Source of the DNA: Eledone cirrhosa
Lineage: Eukaryota
NCBI GenBank assembly: GCA_964016885.1
Contig: OZ024743.1
Location: forward strand, 258,292,001-258,356,000
DNA: 64,000 nucleotides
Direction: 5' to 3'
A program made the position numbers and the translations under genes. Of the stretch, positions 22,504 to 36,020 are shown piece by piece. A model generated the notes under the pieces. The model searched no databases, was not told the origin of the DNA, and worked only from the letters and a program-made list of their open reading frames with translations. Every line of letters starts with the position of its first letter. Within the stretch, counting starts at the first letter, position 1.

Positions 22504-25500
22504 ATCATCATCATCATCATCAACGTTTAACGTCCGTGTTCCATGCTTGCATGGGTTTGGACGAGGGTAGTCCCACTTGAGGCAAGAGTGATTGTCTTGC
22601 TCGCATAGGACTGTCTGGCAGGTTTTCTACGGCTGGATGCCCTTTCTAACACCAACCCCGTTTACAGTGTGGGTCTGGGAGGTTTTTACCGTGTTGCCTA
22701 CACGGCCACATTACAGCGTGGACTGTGTGTTTTTTTGTCGTGACACCTACACGATCTCATTTGTTTCGGCCTGGATGGTGTGGCACCAACATAACTTTAC
22801 ATAGAAGGGGGTGGTGTGGATGGGGTGGGGGTGGGGGTGGGACGGGGGTGTATTTTGTTAGAGATGCCTACTGACTGTAGTAGGTTTTACTTTGTATTTA
22901 GGTAAGGCGGGTCTTCTCTATTACTGAGTACCGCCAAAGGTCTCGGTCCAGTGACATTGTCTTGGTGAGGTGTAAGTGTGTGAGGTCGGAGTTTATCAGC
23001 TCTTCCCAGGTTTTTCTGGGTCTGCCTATTCTGTGGCTACCGTCTATCTTTATTGCCCTGCACTTTGTTATACAGCTATCGTCCTTCATGCGCATCACAT
23101 GACCATACCAACGTAGCCTTCTCTCGAGTAAACAACATCTGATCACTCTTATTTCTAATTTTTTCTTTAGTTCGTTTATGCTTTGTCATTCACGTATATT
23201 ACTATTACACATCCAGCGGAGCATGCAAGCTTCGTTTCTCTCTAGTCTGCGTATATCCTCTGCACACAATGTCCAGGTCTCACTGCCATGCAACATTGCT
23301 GTTCGTATGCAGGCATCGTACAACCTGCCTTTCATTTTTAGGGAGAACCCTTTAGCGGCTAATAGTGGTATAAGCTCTCTGAACTTTTTCCACCCAGTTC
23401 TGACTCTAGCTACTGTACTTTCAGAGCACCCTCCCCCACTGCTGATTTTGTCACCCAGGTAATGGAAGCTGTCCACTATTTCTATAGAACCCTCTGCGCA
23501 GTTGAAAGAACTAGTATTTTGTGGGCACTTGCTGCTACTTATTGCCCCAGAACACCGGCCACATGTAAAATCTATGTTCTTAGTTAGCTTACCTGTGATC
23601 CCACTACATCTTTTATGCACCCAAACTTTGCATTTGGGACACAAAATGGAATTTCTACCTACGCCTTTCCTACACTCTGCGCATGGCCACTTCCCGGAGG
23701 GGACCGCCGCCTTATTTTCTTTCTTACAAACTAGAACTTTAGTCTTAGCCAGGTTAATTTTAAGGCCTTTTGATTCTAGGCCGTGCTTCCATGTTTGGAA
23801 TTTCTTCTCTAGCTCGGCCATTGATTCAGCTATGAGCGTTAGATCATCTGCGTATAGGAGTTCCCATGGGCAGCCGGTCTTGAACTCCACTGTTATAGCC
23901 TGGAGGGCAATAATAAATAGTAGGGGGCTAAGAACAGAGCCCTGATGAACACCAACTTTTACACTAAACTCTTCACTATATTCGTTGTTAATTCTAACCT
24001 TGCTGACTGTTTCTTTATACATGGCTTGTATAGCTCTCACAAGCCATTCATCAACACCTAGTTTTCTAAGCGCCCACCAGATAATGGAACGGGGGACTCT
24101 GTCGAAGGCCTTCTCTAAGTCGACGAAAGCTAAGTATAGAGGTTTACTTTTAGCTAGGTACTTCTCCTGTAGTTGTCGTACAATGAAAAGAGCGTCTGTG
24201 GTACTTTTTCCTGACACAAACCCGAACTGCATTTCATCTAGATCAATTCGCTCTCTGATTAGTTGCGCTATTACTTTTTCCGTGACCTTCATGACCTGGT
24301 CGATTAATTTAATGCCTCTATAGTTACTCCTATCTAGAGCATCTCCTTTACCCTTATAACAGTTAACGATGATGCTGTTACGCCAGTCCTTCGGAACAAC
24401 CCCATGCTGTATGACTTGGTTGACTATCCGGGTGACCATGGTGTGTCCCACCGTACCAGATGCCTTCAGCATCTCAGCAACTATTTCCGAAGGCCCAGCT
24501 GCCTTACCCGTCTTCATATCCTTGATTGCCTTACTTATTATACTACCCTCGACTAACACTGCTGGTCCCTCTATTGGGTCGATGTGGGGGAGACTGTCTT
24601 TCTCCCATTTATTCTCCTCATTTAGTAGCCTTTCATAGTGACACTTCCAAGCTACCTTCTTATCGGCGTCAGTGATGGCAAGTACGCCGTCATCGTTAAG
24701 TACACACTTCTCCCCGACATTATCACTGTTTTCCTTGACACATTGCCTAGCAATCCTGAACACCTCACGTTTTTGGTCCTCGCATTGTAGAACATGCTTG
24801 AACTTTCTTTCCTCTGCTTCCCTTCTTGCGAAGTACACTTGTCTCCTAGCTTCCCTCCTGGCCACTTGATAGTCTTCTCTGCTTCCCCCATCCCGCCATA
24901 CTTTCCAAGCCTGCTTTTTGGCCTTAATTGACCCCTCCATCTTACTGTTCCACCACCATGTTACTCTCCTCCTGCCTACAGGCCTGCTCCAGCCACAGAC
25001 TTCGTCTACCACCGTCAGCAGGTTTGCTTTCAGGAATTCCCACTGTTCCTCTACCTTGTACGACTCTAATTGCTCTTCCTTACTGTCGAAAGCATCAAGT
25101 AATATGCTTTGGAATTTATTTTTGGCTGTGGGGTCCTCTAGCTTCCATATTTTTCTCCTGAGGATAGTCCTCTTCTGTTGTCTAGTACGTCTCGTCCTGA
25201 CTATTAGGTCGCTAATTATCAGTCTATGTTGGGAGGTGCATTCCTCATGTGGGAGGGATTTAGTGTTTACAACAGTCACTTTGTCACGTCTTCTGGTAAG
25301 GATATAATCTACCTGGTTGGTATGTTCCCCTGATCTGTAGGTGATCAAGTGATTGTCACGTTTTTTGAAGTTAGTGTTGCAGATAGTTAGGTTATTTGCG
25401 TCGCAGAATTCCAGGATTCTGGAGCCTTCCTCATTTCTAGTACCAAACCCATAGACTCCATGGATTTCGTCGTAGCCATCACAATGTTGTCCAACGTGAC

Positions 25501-25692
25501 CGTTTAGGTCGCCTGCAATAATTATATAGTCACTGTCGGTTATTTGGGAGGTAGTGAGCATCAGTGTCTCATAGAATCTGTCTTTTATAGTGCTGGGCAG
25601 TCCGGATTGGGGTGCGTACGCAGATATTACTGTCACCGTAGTTCTATTGAGGACAAGTCTTATTTTAATTATTCTGTCGTTCACTCTATTTA
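22504..25692 (-). mobile_element. RTE family A, nearly full length (truncated within the APE domain)
   Basis: 3'UTR and (CAT)n as at 862-1254, plus a long APE-RT ORF. Confidence 0.95.
22898..25692 (-). pseudogene. RTE ORF: AP endonuclease (partial), reverse transcriptase and inserted PHD finger; one premature stop at 23186
   Basis: SAYAPQ, AGDLNGH, QVDYIL, SQHRL, KAAGPS, NYRGIKL, QFGF, DLEKAFD, QGSVLSP, YADD. The C-terminus continues as ORF 22898-23146. The first residues of the listed 850-aa ORF come from the neighbouring element. Confidence 0.92.
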
Positions 25693-25699
25693 CATATAT

Positions 25700-26116
25700 A
25701 TATGGGTCTGAGACTTGGACACTGACCAAGAGACTCACTCAGATGGTGGATGGGTGCTACACGAGAATGCTGAGGATGGCTCTGAACATTAATCAGTATA
25801 CACTGAGGATGAAAAACTCAGAGCTGTATGGGAGCATCCCAAAAGTCAGCTCAAAAGTGACACAGAGGAGACTGAGGTTGGCTGGACATGCTCACCGACA
25901 TCCAGAGTTGACATTGCACTCAGTTCTCCTTTGGGAGCCCCTACATGGACACACTAGAAGAGGAAGACCAAGGTTAACATATGTTGATGCCCTAAGGACA
26001 GACACTGGTCTGTTGGAGATGCAGGATATGGCAGCGATAATGAGGGACAGAGACCGCTGGAGAGAACTCGTCCATGGATCTCGGGAATTTTACCCGCCTT
26101 AGATAGATAGATAGAT
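25700..26116 (+). mobile_element. 3' fragment of a third RTE family with (TAGA)n tail
   Basis: YGSETWTLT..DGCYTRMLRMALNI..RRLRLAGHAHRH..LLWEP..GRPRLTYVD..DRDRWR, stop at 26102, then AGATAGATAG. Confidence 0.88.
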
Positions 26117-26198
26117 ATATATATATGTCTATATATATATATATATATGTGTCCATATATATATATATGTCCATATATATATACATACCTTATAATAA

Positions 26199-26237
<39 letters not shown>

Positions 26238-26269
26238 CATATATGTAAATATGTGTATAGAAATAAGGA

Positions 26270-26313
<44 letters not shown>

Positions 26314-26316
26314 ACA

Positions 26317-26405
26317 GCTGAGCTCTGGCCATTTCAACAGCTTGATCCGATTGAAAATAGCTGTTGAAATGGCCAGAGCTCAGCCATCGGGGTCCTGAAT
26401 TTTTC
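26317..26405 (+). mobile_element. Family F1 fold-back fragment
   Basis: GCTGAGCTCTGGCCATTTCAACAGCT...AGCTGTTGAAATGGCCAGAGCTCAGC palindrome within (TA)n. Confidence 0.65.
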
Positions 26406-26585
26406 TTATATATATATATATATATATATACATCTACACGTACACACATAGATTAACAAGTTAATATGGAGTTCGTACAAACCTAAATATTGATTGTGAG
26501 TTTAGTGTGGTTGGTACTTGCACTAATCATTGCAACTTCTCTCCTCTTCTACTGCAAGAATTGGGTTATACAGGCATGCATACAT

Positions 26586-26633
<48 letters not shown>

Positions 26634-26739
26634 TATTTTTGGTAGGAAGTTGCCTGATTATGTTTAAACTGCATAGCCTGTTTTTCATGAGACCTTTGTT
26701 GAAATGGTGTATTTGTTAGAGAGCAATATCTTTATGCAA

Positions 26740-26801
<62 letters not shown>

Positions 26802-27584
26802 CCCACAACTGCCTTGCCACATTCACGAACATACATACACATCGACAACACATGTATATATAGAGAAGTCAATATAGTATCCATACTACATCACAGGGCA
26901 AAAGTTGTTGAATATTCAATGGTTCATGCATTGTATTGCAGTGATAAGGGAGGGGCTGGTTTCTTGGTTGCTTTGTCTTTAGTTGTTTTTTTTTAGTACT
27001 TTTTTTTTGTGTGGTTTGATTTTTTTCTTCATTTATTTTACACCTGATAAAGACAAAAATATTTGACAGAAAGAGACTTAAATGAAGATCTGTTGATAAC
27101 TCAACCATTTTCTTACACACTTCATTGCACAAACATACTACTGATTTGATCTGTTTATACGACAAGGTTAGCTAAACTTTACCACTGGGCCCTCATAGAT
27201 TTAGAAACTCATCATCAAATTATCAATGTTACAATGAACAGTTCATTGTTGCATACATTACCCATATGCTTGGCTACCTCGCATAATTCATATTATTAAC
27301 GTTGGTGTCCTTATTGCAGAAAAAAAAAAAACCACCATTCTTTTTTATTCTGTTGTCACCACCACATCCTTTTCCTTATTCTCCTCCCCTGCCTTGGCTT
27401 TTCAAGGGAAAAATAACAATTTCTTATGCAGATGAATTTTGCACCTTTTCAAAATAGTTAACTGGTTTTCATAACAAAACATACAAAATAATATATATAC
27501 ATACAAAATAATATATATAAATTTATCTACCTCTCTCTCCAAGTATATATATATATATACTTGGAGAGAAAGAGAGGTAGATAA

Positions 27585-27615
<31 letters not shown>

Positions 27616-27649
27616 CACACTTGTATGTGTACACTTGTATGTGTACACT

Positions 27650-27691
<42 letters not shown>

Positions 27692-27896
27692 AGTGTACAC
27701 ACATATATTTAAATATAGATGCATACATACATGCCCACATAAATATATACACATATATATGAATTTCATCATAGAATATAAAATGATGATGATAATACAT
27801 ATTTATTTATATGTATGTTTATATATATATGTGTGTGTGTATGTGTTCGTGTCCGACACTTGCTAGCAGGGAAAATGGGCATCATATGATGATGAT

Positions 27897-28078
<182 letters not shown>

Positions 28079-28603
28079 CTGCAGGTGTTGTTGTTATTGT
28101 TGTCTTTATTTTTCTTATATAAGTTTCGGGTGAGAAAAATAATCGGGGAGTGGAATAAAATATTTTTAGCTAAAATATAGTACCACCATCATCATCATCA
28201 TCATCATCATCATTACTCCCACCACCACCATCCCCATCGTCATCATCTTCATCAAGACCCTCTACCACCACAATCATCGTCATCATCATCATTTTGTTGT
28301 GAGCCCTAGAAGGAAATATATTTCGCAGTACATTTCAGAAATATCATGAACTTGTTCAACAATCTGAAAAGGTTTAGATGTATGGATATTTATTTGCATT
28401 AATACACAAATCTTCTGATACACCTCTCTCTCACTGTATATATATATATTATATATATATATATGTACACACAGACACATATGTATACATATACTAATAT
28501 ATATATATATATATGCATACACACATATACGTATGTGTGTGTATGTATATATATATAAAAATATGTATATACAAACCTACACACACATTCATACATGATT
28601 GTG

Positions 28604-28635
<32 letters not shown>

Positions 28636-29171
28636 TGTACGTAAAAAATATGTATATACATACTGACTCAAACACACACACACACACACATATATTATAT
28701 CATTGTGTAAAGCAGACTTAAAATGTATGAATGTGAGGCTCCTTATAGCCTATAGATATACTACCACCTTCACTCCCACCACCGTCACCATCTCTACTAC
28801 CATTATTACCCCCCACCACTATCTTTCTAATATAATCTCACCTGTAGAAATGGTTATTTTACATTGCAGTCTAGTGATAGTGAGAGGGATGTCAGGGGTG
28901 AAAATAAATAAAAAGATGGAATTGGTCTTTTGGAATTATATACAGACCCCAAACAAATCACAATGTCGTGGTAAGACTTCTTGATGGGAAGTAACAGGAT
29001 CGCAGAGAATATATTGTCAGGTGATAAACCAAAAACATGGGTGGGAGGTCATGTTTATTTAGGTTTACATTTCTGTTATTCCTGAAGGGATTGGTGCAAG
29101 AGATATCTTAATACATTGTTGCTGTTCTTCTGTCACAATACTTTGTTTTATTATTGCTATTGTTCCAATGG

Positions 29172-29395
29172 CAGTTGATTGGCAGTATCGGTAGAGCATC
29201 ATTCAAAATGTTTTGTGGTATTTGGTTATGGCTCTTTACATTGTATGTTCAAATCCTGCCAAGGTCAATTTTGCCTTTCATCATTTGAGGGTCAACAAAT
29301 GAAATACCTGTTAAGTACTGGGATCAATATAATCAACTTTCCCCTTCCCACAAAATGCTGACCTTATGCCAATGTTAGAAAAAATCATTATTGTT
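29172..29395 (+). mobile_element. Meta-like tRNA SINE
   Basis: TGGCAGTATCGGTAGAGC..GTTCAAATCCTGCCAAGGTCAATTTTGCCTTTCATC, similar to 534-708. Confidence 0.7.
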
Positions 29396-30587
29396 CTATT
29401 ATATAAACCTGTATATATTCATATTAGGAATAACAAATTAGAAGAGAAAACCTAGAGTGTTAACCCTTTTCATACCAAACAGCCTGAAATTGTTCTGGTT
29501 CTCTGATTCTAAATTGCTTATTTTAAAAAGTTTATATTTTTTGGAGAAACTTCCCATCACATTGAATCAAACAGTTTTGTAAGTAATTATATTTACGAAG
29601 CATTGAGCAAATTATGAATTTTGAATATATGTTAGCTTAAAGTAAGCTGCATCAAAACAGGTTTTTTTATTATAAAAAATAGTTGAACAAGTTGTGTAAG
29701 TAAGCCCCTATTGACAGAAAAGGTGAAATTCATCACCTGTGGGTCTCAAACTCACACCTGCTGTATACCAGATGGCTGCGCTGTCATTGCGCTAAAATGA
29801 GGTTGACCTCTTACCAATTATTTTTAAGCTTTATCTATTGGGTAAACCATCAATTGTACTTCTGAAACACTGATCACATTAAGAATTTCGAATGTATGTT
29901 AGCTTGAAATTAGCTGCTTCAACACAGGGAGCAGCTTACTTTAGGCTAACATACTTTCAAAGCAGTTTTGTATTGTAGAACTTCGGAGCAGTTTCAGTGA
30001 GATTGGTATCATCGTTGTCTATCTTTTGTCTCTTTGTCCATGCTTTCATATGTTGAATGTGTCTTCTTTAATGTAGTATTTCTCCACTTGTTTATTTCTT
30101 TTAACATCTCTTTTGTTTCAATACTTTCATTACCATATTTCTAATGAAATACAATCTCTGTGTTTCATTTAATTTTGAAAATAATCAAAAATTTGAAGGG
30201 ACTTAATAAAATAATTTATCTTTTCACATCTTCCCTTGCTTCCCATTTTTTTTCATCTTTTTTATGCTTATTTTGCCTCCCGTTGTCCTCCATATTTTAT
30301 TTTTTTAAATTGTTTTCTTTAGTTTTGATTTTATATTCAGTTATCTCTGTATATCTTGTTTTTTGTTTCATAAGTGTAAGAATTTCTAGATACTTCCCCT
30401 AATCTGTCAAGGTTTACTATCTCTATATGGTCATTTAAATTGATTAAATAAATAGAACAATTTTTAACAAAAATTTCTAACATAAAATTATGTTGAAAGG
30501 CTTTAATATCAAGATAAATATTTGAAAGTGAGCAGTTTTGTATCATAAATCCAGGGTGGTTTCATGAGGTTTCATACAAAAAATTGT

Positions 30588-30948
30588 TTAACCCTTTAGC
30601 ATTTAAACTGGCCATATCTGGCCAGAATTTCCTCATCTCTTTTTGTTCAAACCAGCTATAACCGGCCACTCATACTGATGTTAAGGTATTGTTCTCAAAA
30701 TAAATAGTATCAAAATTTTATAGATTCGAAATCATGTGAGATATTTATGTCAGGTAAAGCCTTAACATCTCTTTTTGTTCAAACCAGCTATAACCGGCCA
30801 CTCATACTGATGTTAAGGTATTGTTCTCAAAATAAATAGTATCAAAATGTCATAGATTCGATAGCATGTGAGATATTTATGTCAGGTAAAGCCTTAACTG
30901 TGAAAATACAATAATAAATATAGAGTAATGTAATTGCTAAAGAGTTAA
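30588..30948. mobile_element. piggyBac-type MITE with internal 132-bp tandem duplication
   Basis: TTAA-CCCTTTAGCA ... TGCTAAAGAG-TTAA. 30634-30765 is repeated at 30766-30897. Confidence 0.75.
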
Positions 30949-31619
30949 AGAATCCCTTATGACGGCATGTGCGACCGATTGTCACACTTAGTGATGAGTT
31001 GCCCCCACTTTTTCTTCTTTTGTTATCTCATTTTTATGTGTTTATATTTGCATATATTATATGTGTTTGTGCTTTTGTTCTGTACACATTATATTATTAT
31101 ACATCTAGATTTGAGTTTATTTGCTACCCTTTAAAGAATTACATTAATAAAAAGTTCAATTTCCACAGAATTATTTATGTAAATAAATAATTTTAGATAA
31201 TTTAGCTAAGACAAAAATTCTGTTATATGAAAAAATAAACTTCCAATTTCAGTTGTCCAAAATATTGAAACTTCTCATTAATGTCCAATTTAAAATAAAA
31301 CTAGCATCAATTACCATATTTAAATGTTCACAATGAAACAACATTGGGTCCATGTAAATATATGCAAATTAAATGGGTGATACAATTTACCATGAATTAA
31401 TTAATTCCAATTATAATTGCCATGATTTCAGTTCAAATAGAATATCAACTGGAGGAATTGTATTTTTGTTGTAGCTGTTTTAATAAAAATAACAATTTAT
31501 TAAACAGAAAGACAATGAAAATATAAATCATTTCAAATTCAATGTAAGATGTATTTTTGCTATAAATGTTTTCTATTGATTGCCAAAGTCTTGCCGCATC
31601 TGCTACTTCTAGTGCTGCT

Positions 31620-32975
31620 ATTATTATTATTTTTATTGTTTTTCATTTTCCTTCAGTATTGTTTCTGATATATGCTAAGTGTCTTCCTGACACCTAGAGC
31701 AAATAAATTCATTGTATACATTGGTAAGCCAGATACTACACCACATTGAATATAATTTACAGCTTATCATTCTTACAGAGATAGTGCTCTACTCACACAC
31801 ATACACAACCACACAGGGGGGGGGTATCATTCTCACAGAGATAGTGCTCCTCTCAATACGTGTGCAGTACCAGTCAAAACAATTTTTTACACCTCTTGCA
31901 GAGAGGGTAAACCAGGAATCATTTGCAAATACTGTTCTGTTCCTTTCTTGATCATTCCCAGTCCTCCCACAATCACTGGTATTGTAACGGCCTTGAGATG
32001 CCACATTTTTCAATTTCAAGAAGCAGATCTTTATATTTTCTTAGCTTGTCGAATTCTTTTGCCACAATATTGTGATCACACGGGATGCTCATATCAATCA
32101 ATAAACAGACTTTGCTATGTTGGTCTTTTACAATGATATCTGGTCTATTTGCTTTTATGGTCCAGTCAGTATGTTCAGGAAAGTCCAAAAGAATAGTTAC
32201 TTTTTCTCCTTCAGTTACAGCCTCAGGGTGATGATTGTACCACTTGTCAGCAGCTTTGATTTTATAATGTCGACATATTACCCAGTGTAGATATTGGCCA
32301 ACTCTGTCATGTCTATATTTGTACTCTACTGGGGCTAAAACTTTACACCCAGAAACTAGGTGGTCCACTGTTTCAACTTCAACATTACAGAATTGGCACT
32401 TTGGATTTACTCCATTTCTCATCACATTGGCCTGGTAATTCCGTGTCAGTAAGCTTTGATCTTGGGAAGCTAAGATGAAGCCTTCACTCTTTGCTTTTAG
32501 CCCTGAGCTACGTAGCCACTGTTGGGTGTGCTTTTGGTCAACATCAGCTTGTTTGCTACGGGCCACATATTTACCATGCAGAGGTTTCTGCTCCTACTTT
32601 GATACTAATTGCTCTTGCCCTTTTGCTTTTGCCACTAATTTTATGTGCTTAGCAGCAACAATTGCAAGTTTCCTCAGTCTGTCCAGCCTGGGGATCAAGC
32701 ATGAGATCAGTAGCATATGTTTTGCTCTCCTTCAAGATAGAATGAAGCTTCTTACTTCTCTCATGTTTTTCAAGAAGTTTCAGCATACTGTCGTTTCTTG
32801 TTTCAAAGTATTTGACCAGTCCAATAATGGTGGTCTTGTAGGTAAGTTCAAATTGGATCAGGCCATGGTCTCCTTGAGTTCTAGGAAGGTAAAGATGATC
32901 GACATCTGCTTTTGGGTGGTGTATTCTGTTACAAGTCAATAACTTACGGATTTTGGTGTCGATTCTTTTAATTTC
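31620..32975 (-). mobile_element. R4/Dong-clade non-LTR retrotransposon 3' fragment (CCHC zinc knuckle and restriction-like endonuclease)
   Basis: HPKADVDHLYLPR..G..GL, EGFILASQDQ, CQFC...ETVDHLVSGC, YKYRHD, NRPDIIV..LIDMSIP..K..KYKDL. Ends at a short (TAA)n. Confidence 0.85.
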
Positions 32976-32977
32976 AG

Positions 32978-33180
32978 ATTGGCAGTATCAGTAAAGCATC
33001 AGGCAGCATGCTTTGCAACATAGAGTCATGGCCCTTTGCGTTCTGAGTTCAAACCTGTTGAGTTTAACTTTGCCTTTTCTCCTTACAGGGTTGATAAGAT
33101 AAGGTACCAGTAATGCACTGTGGTAATTGCTGGCCTTGTGCCAAAAGTAGAAACAATTATTATTATTTTTATTATTACTA
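32978..33180 (+). mobile_element. Meta-like tRNA SINE
   Basis: 3' half nearly identical to 630-715 (GTAATTGCTGGCCTTGTGCCAAAAGTAGAAACAATTATTATT). Confidence 0.75.
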
Positions 33181-33257
33181 CTACTACTACTAAGACAAAA
33201 ATTATATTTCAGTAGTTAAATATTTGTCTTATATCATTAAATTAAATGAAAGCAAAT

Positions 33258-33468
33258 GATTGGCAGAATTATTAGTGCATTGGAATGAATGCACTGCAAT
33301 AATTCATTATGAACCTCCCTGTTCTGGTTTCAAATCCTGCCATGGTCAACTTTGCCTGTCATCTTCTGAGGTTGATAAAATAAAGTATCAGTGAAGTACT
33401 GTGGTCAATATAACCAATTTTCTCATCTCCACAAATTTATGACCTGCCAAAATTAGTAACCAATATTA
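33258..33468 (+). mobile_element. Meta-like tRNA SINE
   Basis: TTCAAATCCTGCCATGGTCAACTTTGCCTGTCATC..GTTGATAAAATAAAGTA. Confidence 0.65.
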
Positions 33469-33979
33469 AGTTAAATGTCATTTATTTTACTAAAACATAT
33501 ATAAATCTTGATTATTTTGATAATTAAAACATAAAGGCAGAAATATGGTCACTAAAGAAGTTTTTCTTCTTTCAATCACTTATTTCTGGGAGGATCATGG
33601 GTACAGAGTCCTCAAACAGCCTTCCAGCAGGTCCTATTAGAAACAACTGTCTTGAATGGATCCAGCTGGATACCCAAGGAAGATCAACCAAGCTCATAGA
33701 TGTTGCCCAGTCAACTTGCTTTGCTAAGCTTTGTGTACAAAGCTTGGCACAAAAGGTGTAGCCCTTTTAATACCAAACTGCCTGAAACCTCCCCTGGTTC
33801 TATGATATAAAACTCTTTATTTTAAACTGTTTATCTAAAAACACTTTCCATCATAATTCTATGTATGAGTCTTTGTTATGCTCCAAACAACAATTTAATA
33901 ATGAAAAAGTTATGTTACTAAATCCCTCCGATTTCTTGATTGATTTCTAAGAAATTTGAAAATCATAAGTAATATTGAC

Positions 33980-34235
33980 CAATGCCATGTGAATGAAGTT
34001 TAGTCAATGGAAACTATATGGCAGCTTAATATATGTGTGTGTTGGTGTGTGTTTGTTTATATTTAGTGGTTGTTTATGCTCTGTAACTTAGCAGTTTAAC
34101 AAAAAGAGATCAATGAAATAAGTACTGGACTTGAAAAAAAAATAGTTGGGGTTGATATGTTTGACAAAATTCCTTCAAGGTCAATATCTCAGTATGGCCA
34201 TAGTGTCATGACTGAAACGATTAAAAGAATAAGTG
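33980..34235 (+). mobile_element. Degenerate SINE 3' part
   Basis: GTAACTTAGCAGTT..AAAAGAGA..AATAAGTACT..CAGTATGGCCATAGTGTCATGACTGAAAC. The same tail forms the unit of the 44496 minisatellite. Confidence 0.55.
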
Positions 34236-34300
34236 TTATTAAAAATATAGTAATGAATGAATGACAGGTTCCATTTCAAATAGAATGTTAGACTCTGGAC

Positions 34301-34853
34301 CAGGTATGAGCATCCTTTTTTGAGTAGAGGCCACATGGGATTTGGTTTCTCATAAAGCAGTGGACCACATGGGATATAGTTTGTCATAAAGCAGTGGACC
34401 ACATGGGATACGGTTTGTCATAAACCAGTGGGCCACATGAGATATGGTTTGTCATAAGGCAGTAGGCTACATGAGGTATGGTTTGTCATAAAACAGTGAG
34501 CCACATGAGATATGCTTTGTCATAAAGCAGTAGGCTACATGAGATTATGGTTTGTCATAAAGCAGTGGACCACATGAAATATGGTTTATTATAGAGAAGT
34601 AGGTCACATGAGATATGTTTTTTATAAAGCAGTGAGCCATATGAGGTATGGTTTGTTATAAAGCAGTGAGCCACAAGATATGGTTTCTCATAAAGCAGTG
34701 GACCACATGAGATATGGTTTGTTATAAAGCAGTGGGCTACATGATATATGGCTTATCACAGAGCAGTCTGCGCAACTAAATAAGATTCAAGGTAACCATC
34801 ATATTTAGCATGCCATTCAAAAAGCCAAATGGACCACAGTTTGTCTGTGACTG
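34301..34853. mobile_element. hAT (Charlie-like) MITE containing a 34-bp minisatellite (~13 copies, 34323-34767)
   Basis: CAGG.. / ..ACTG ends. 8-bp TSD CTCTGGAC (34293-34300) / CTCTAGAC (34854-34861). Unit GCAGTGGACCACATGGGATATGGTTTGTCATAAA. Confidence 0.7.
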
Positions 34854-35194
34854 CTCTAGACTCTACAACTTTAGCACTCTGTATTTTCACAAACAAAACA
34901 TTAATAGAATAGCAATTTTAAAAAGAAAACACAAATTCAAATGGCAAATATATATATATTTTTTTTTTCATTTAACAAATATAATCAATGCAGTTCATTT
35001 TGTATGTATGTTATTTCAGTGTTGTTATTTCATTGGGTGGAGCTTTTTGACTAACAAAAGTGCAGGTTTTATAAAATTCTTTCATTAGAGAAAACATATT
35101 TCTTTTGGTTTGTTGGTAAAACAAAAACAAAGCAAAATGATAGAAAATTATGAAATTTTGTATCATAATCATAATTTTTAAATTAACAATGTCA

Positions 35195-36020
35195 GGGGTA
35201 TTGGTGATGGTTGTGGAGGAATGGCAGTGGGGTGGTGGCAGTGTGATGGTATGGTGGCGGTGGTATGAATGTGGAGTTGTTGGGAGGGGATGGATGATGT
35301 GGTGTCGGGGGAGGGGAATAGTTAACATGGCCAGCCTTAATGAGATACTAGTCCAATTAATGATTACAATGGTGGTAGTGGTGATGGTGGTAGTTGCTGT
35401 GGTAATTGTGTTGTTAGCAATGGTGATGCTGGTTGATGATAGTTGTGGTGTTGGCAATAGAGGATGTGTTGTTGATGGCAGTGAGGGTGGTTGTTGATGT
35501 TGGTAGTAATAGTGGTGATGGTGGTATGGAAGTGGTGGTGATGTTAGTAGTGATGGTGGTAGTGGTGGTGCTGGTGTTGACTGTGGTGATGGTTGTCATC
35601 AAATATTTAGAAATCAAGAAAACAAAAGGAAAGTTTGTAAATTACAAAAAAAAAAGAAAAATTAATAAAAAACAAAAGATACTAAAGACTAAAACTACAT
35701 ATGATTTGTTTTGAGTTTTGTAGATTGACTGGAGGTGGGGATATATTATAGAACAACATTAACAGCAACAACAACAACAGTAACAACAACATTAACAACA
35801 ATAACAGTAACAACAACAGTAACAACAACAACAGTAACAACAACATTAACAACAATAGCAGTAACAACAACAATAATAAAACAACAACAACAGTAAAAGT
35901 AACTGCAATAATAACAACAGCAACAATAACAGTAATAGCAACAACAATAACAACTACAACAACAACAACAACAGTAACAACAACAACATCAATAAGAAAA
36001 CCAACAACAGCAGCAACAAG
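35195..36020. repeat. Degenerate (GGT/GAT)n and (AAC)n low-complexity tracts
   Basis: 35195-35600 is GGT-rich; 35750-36020 is AAC-rich. Confidence 0.9.

Noticed and set aside
23502-25307. ORFs antisense to the RTE ORF (also 1319-2230, 47600-49573, 59011-61679)
   Set aside because: Shadow ORFs of retroelement coding sequence.
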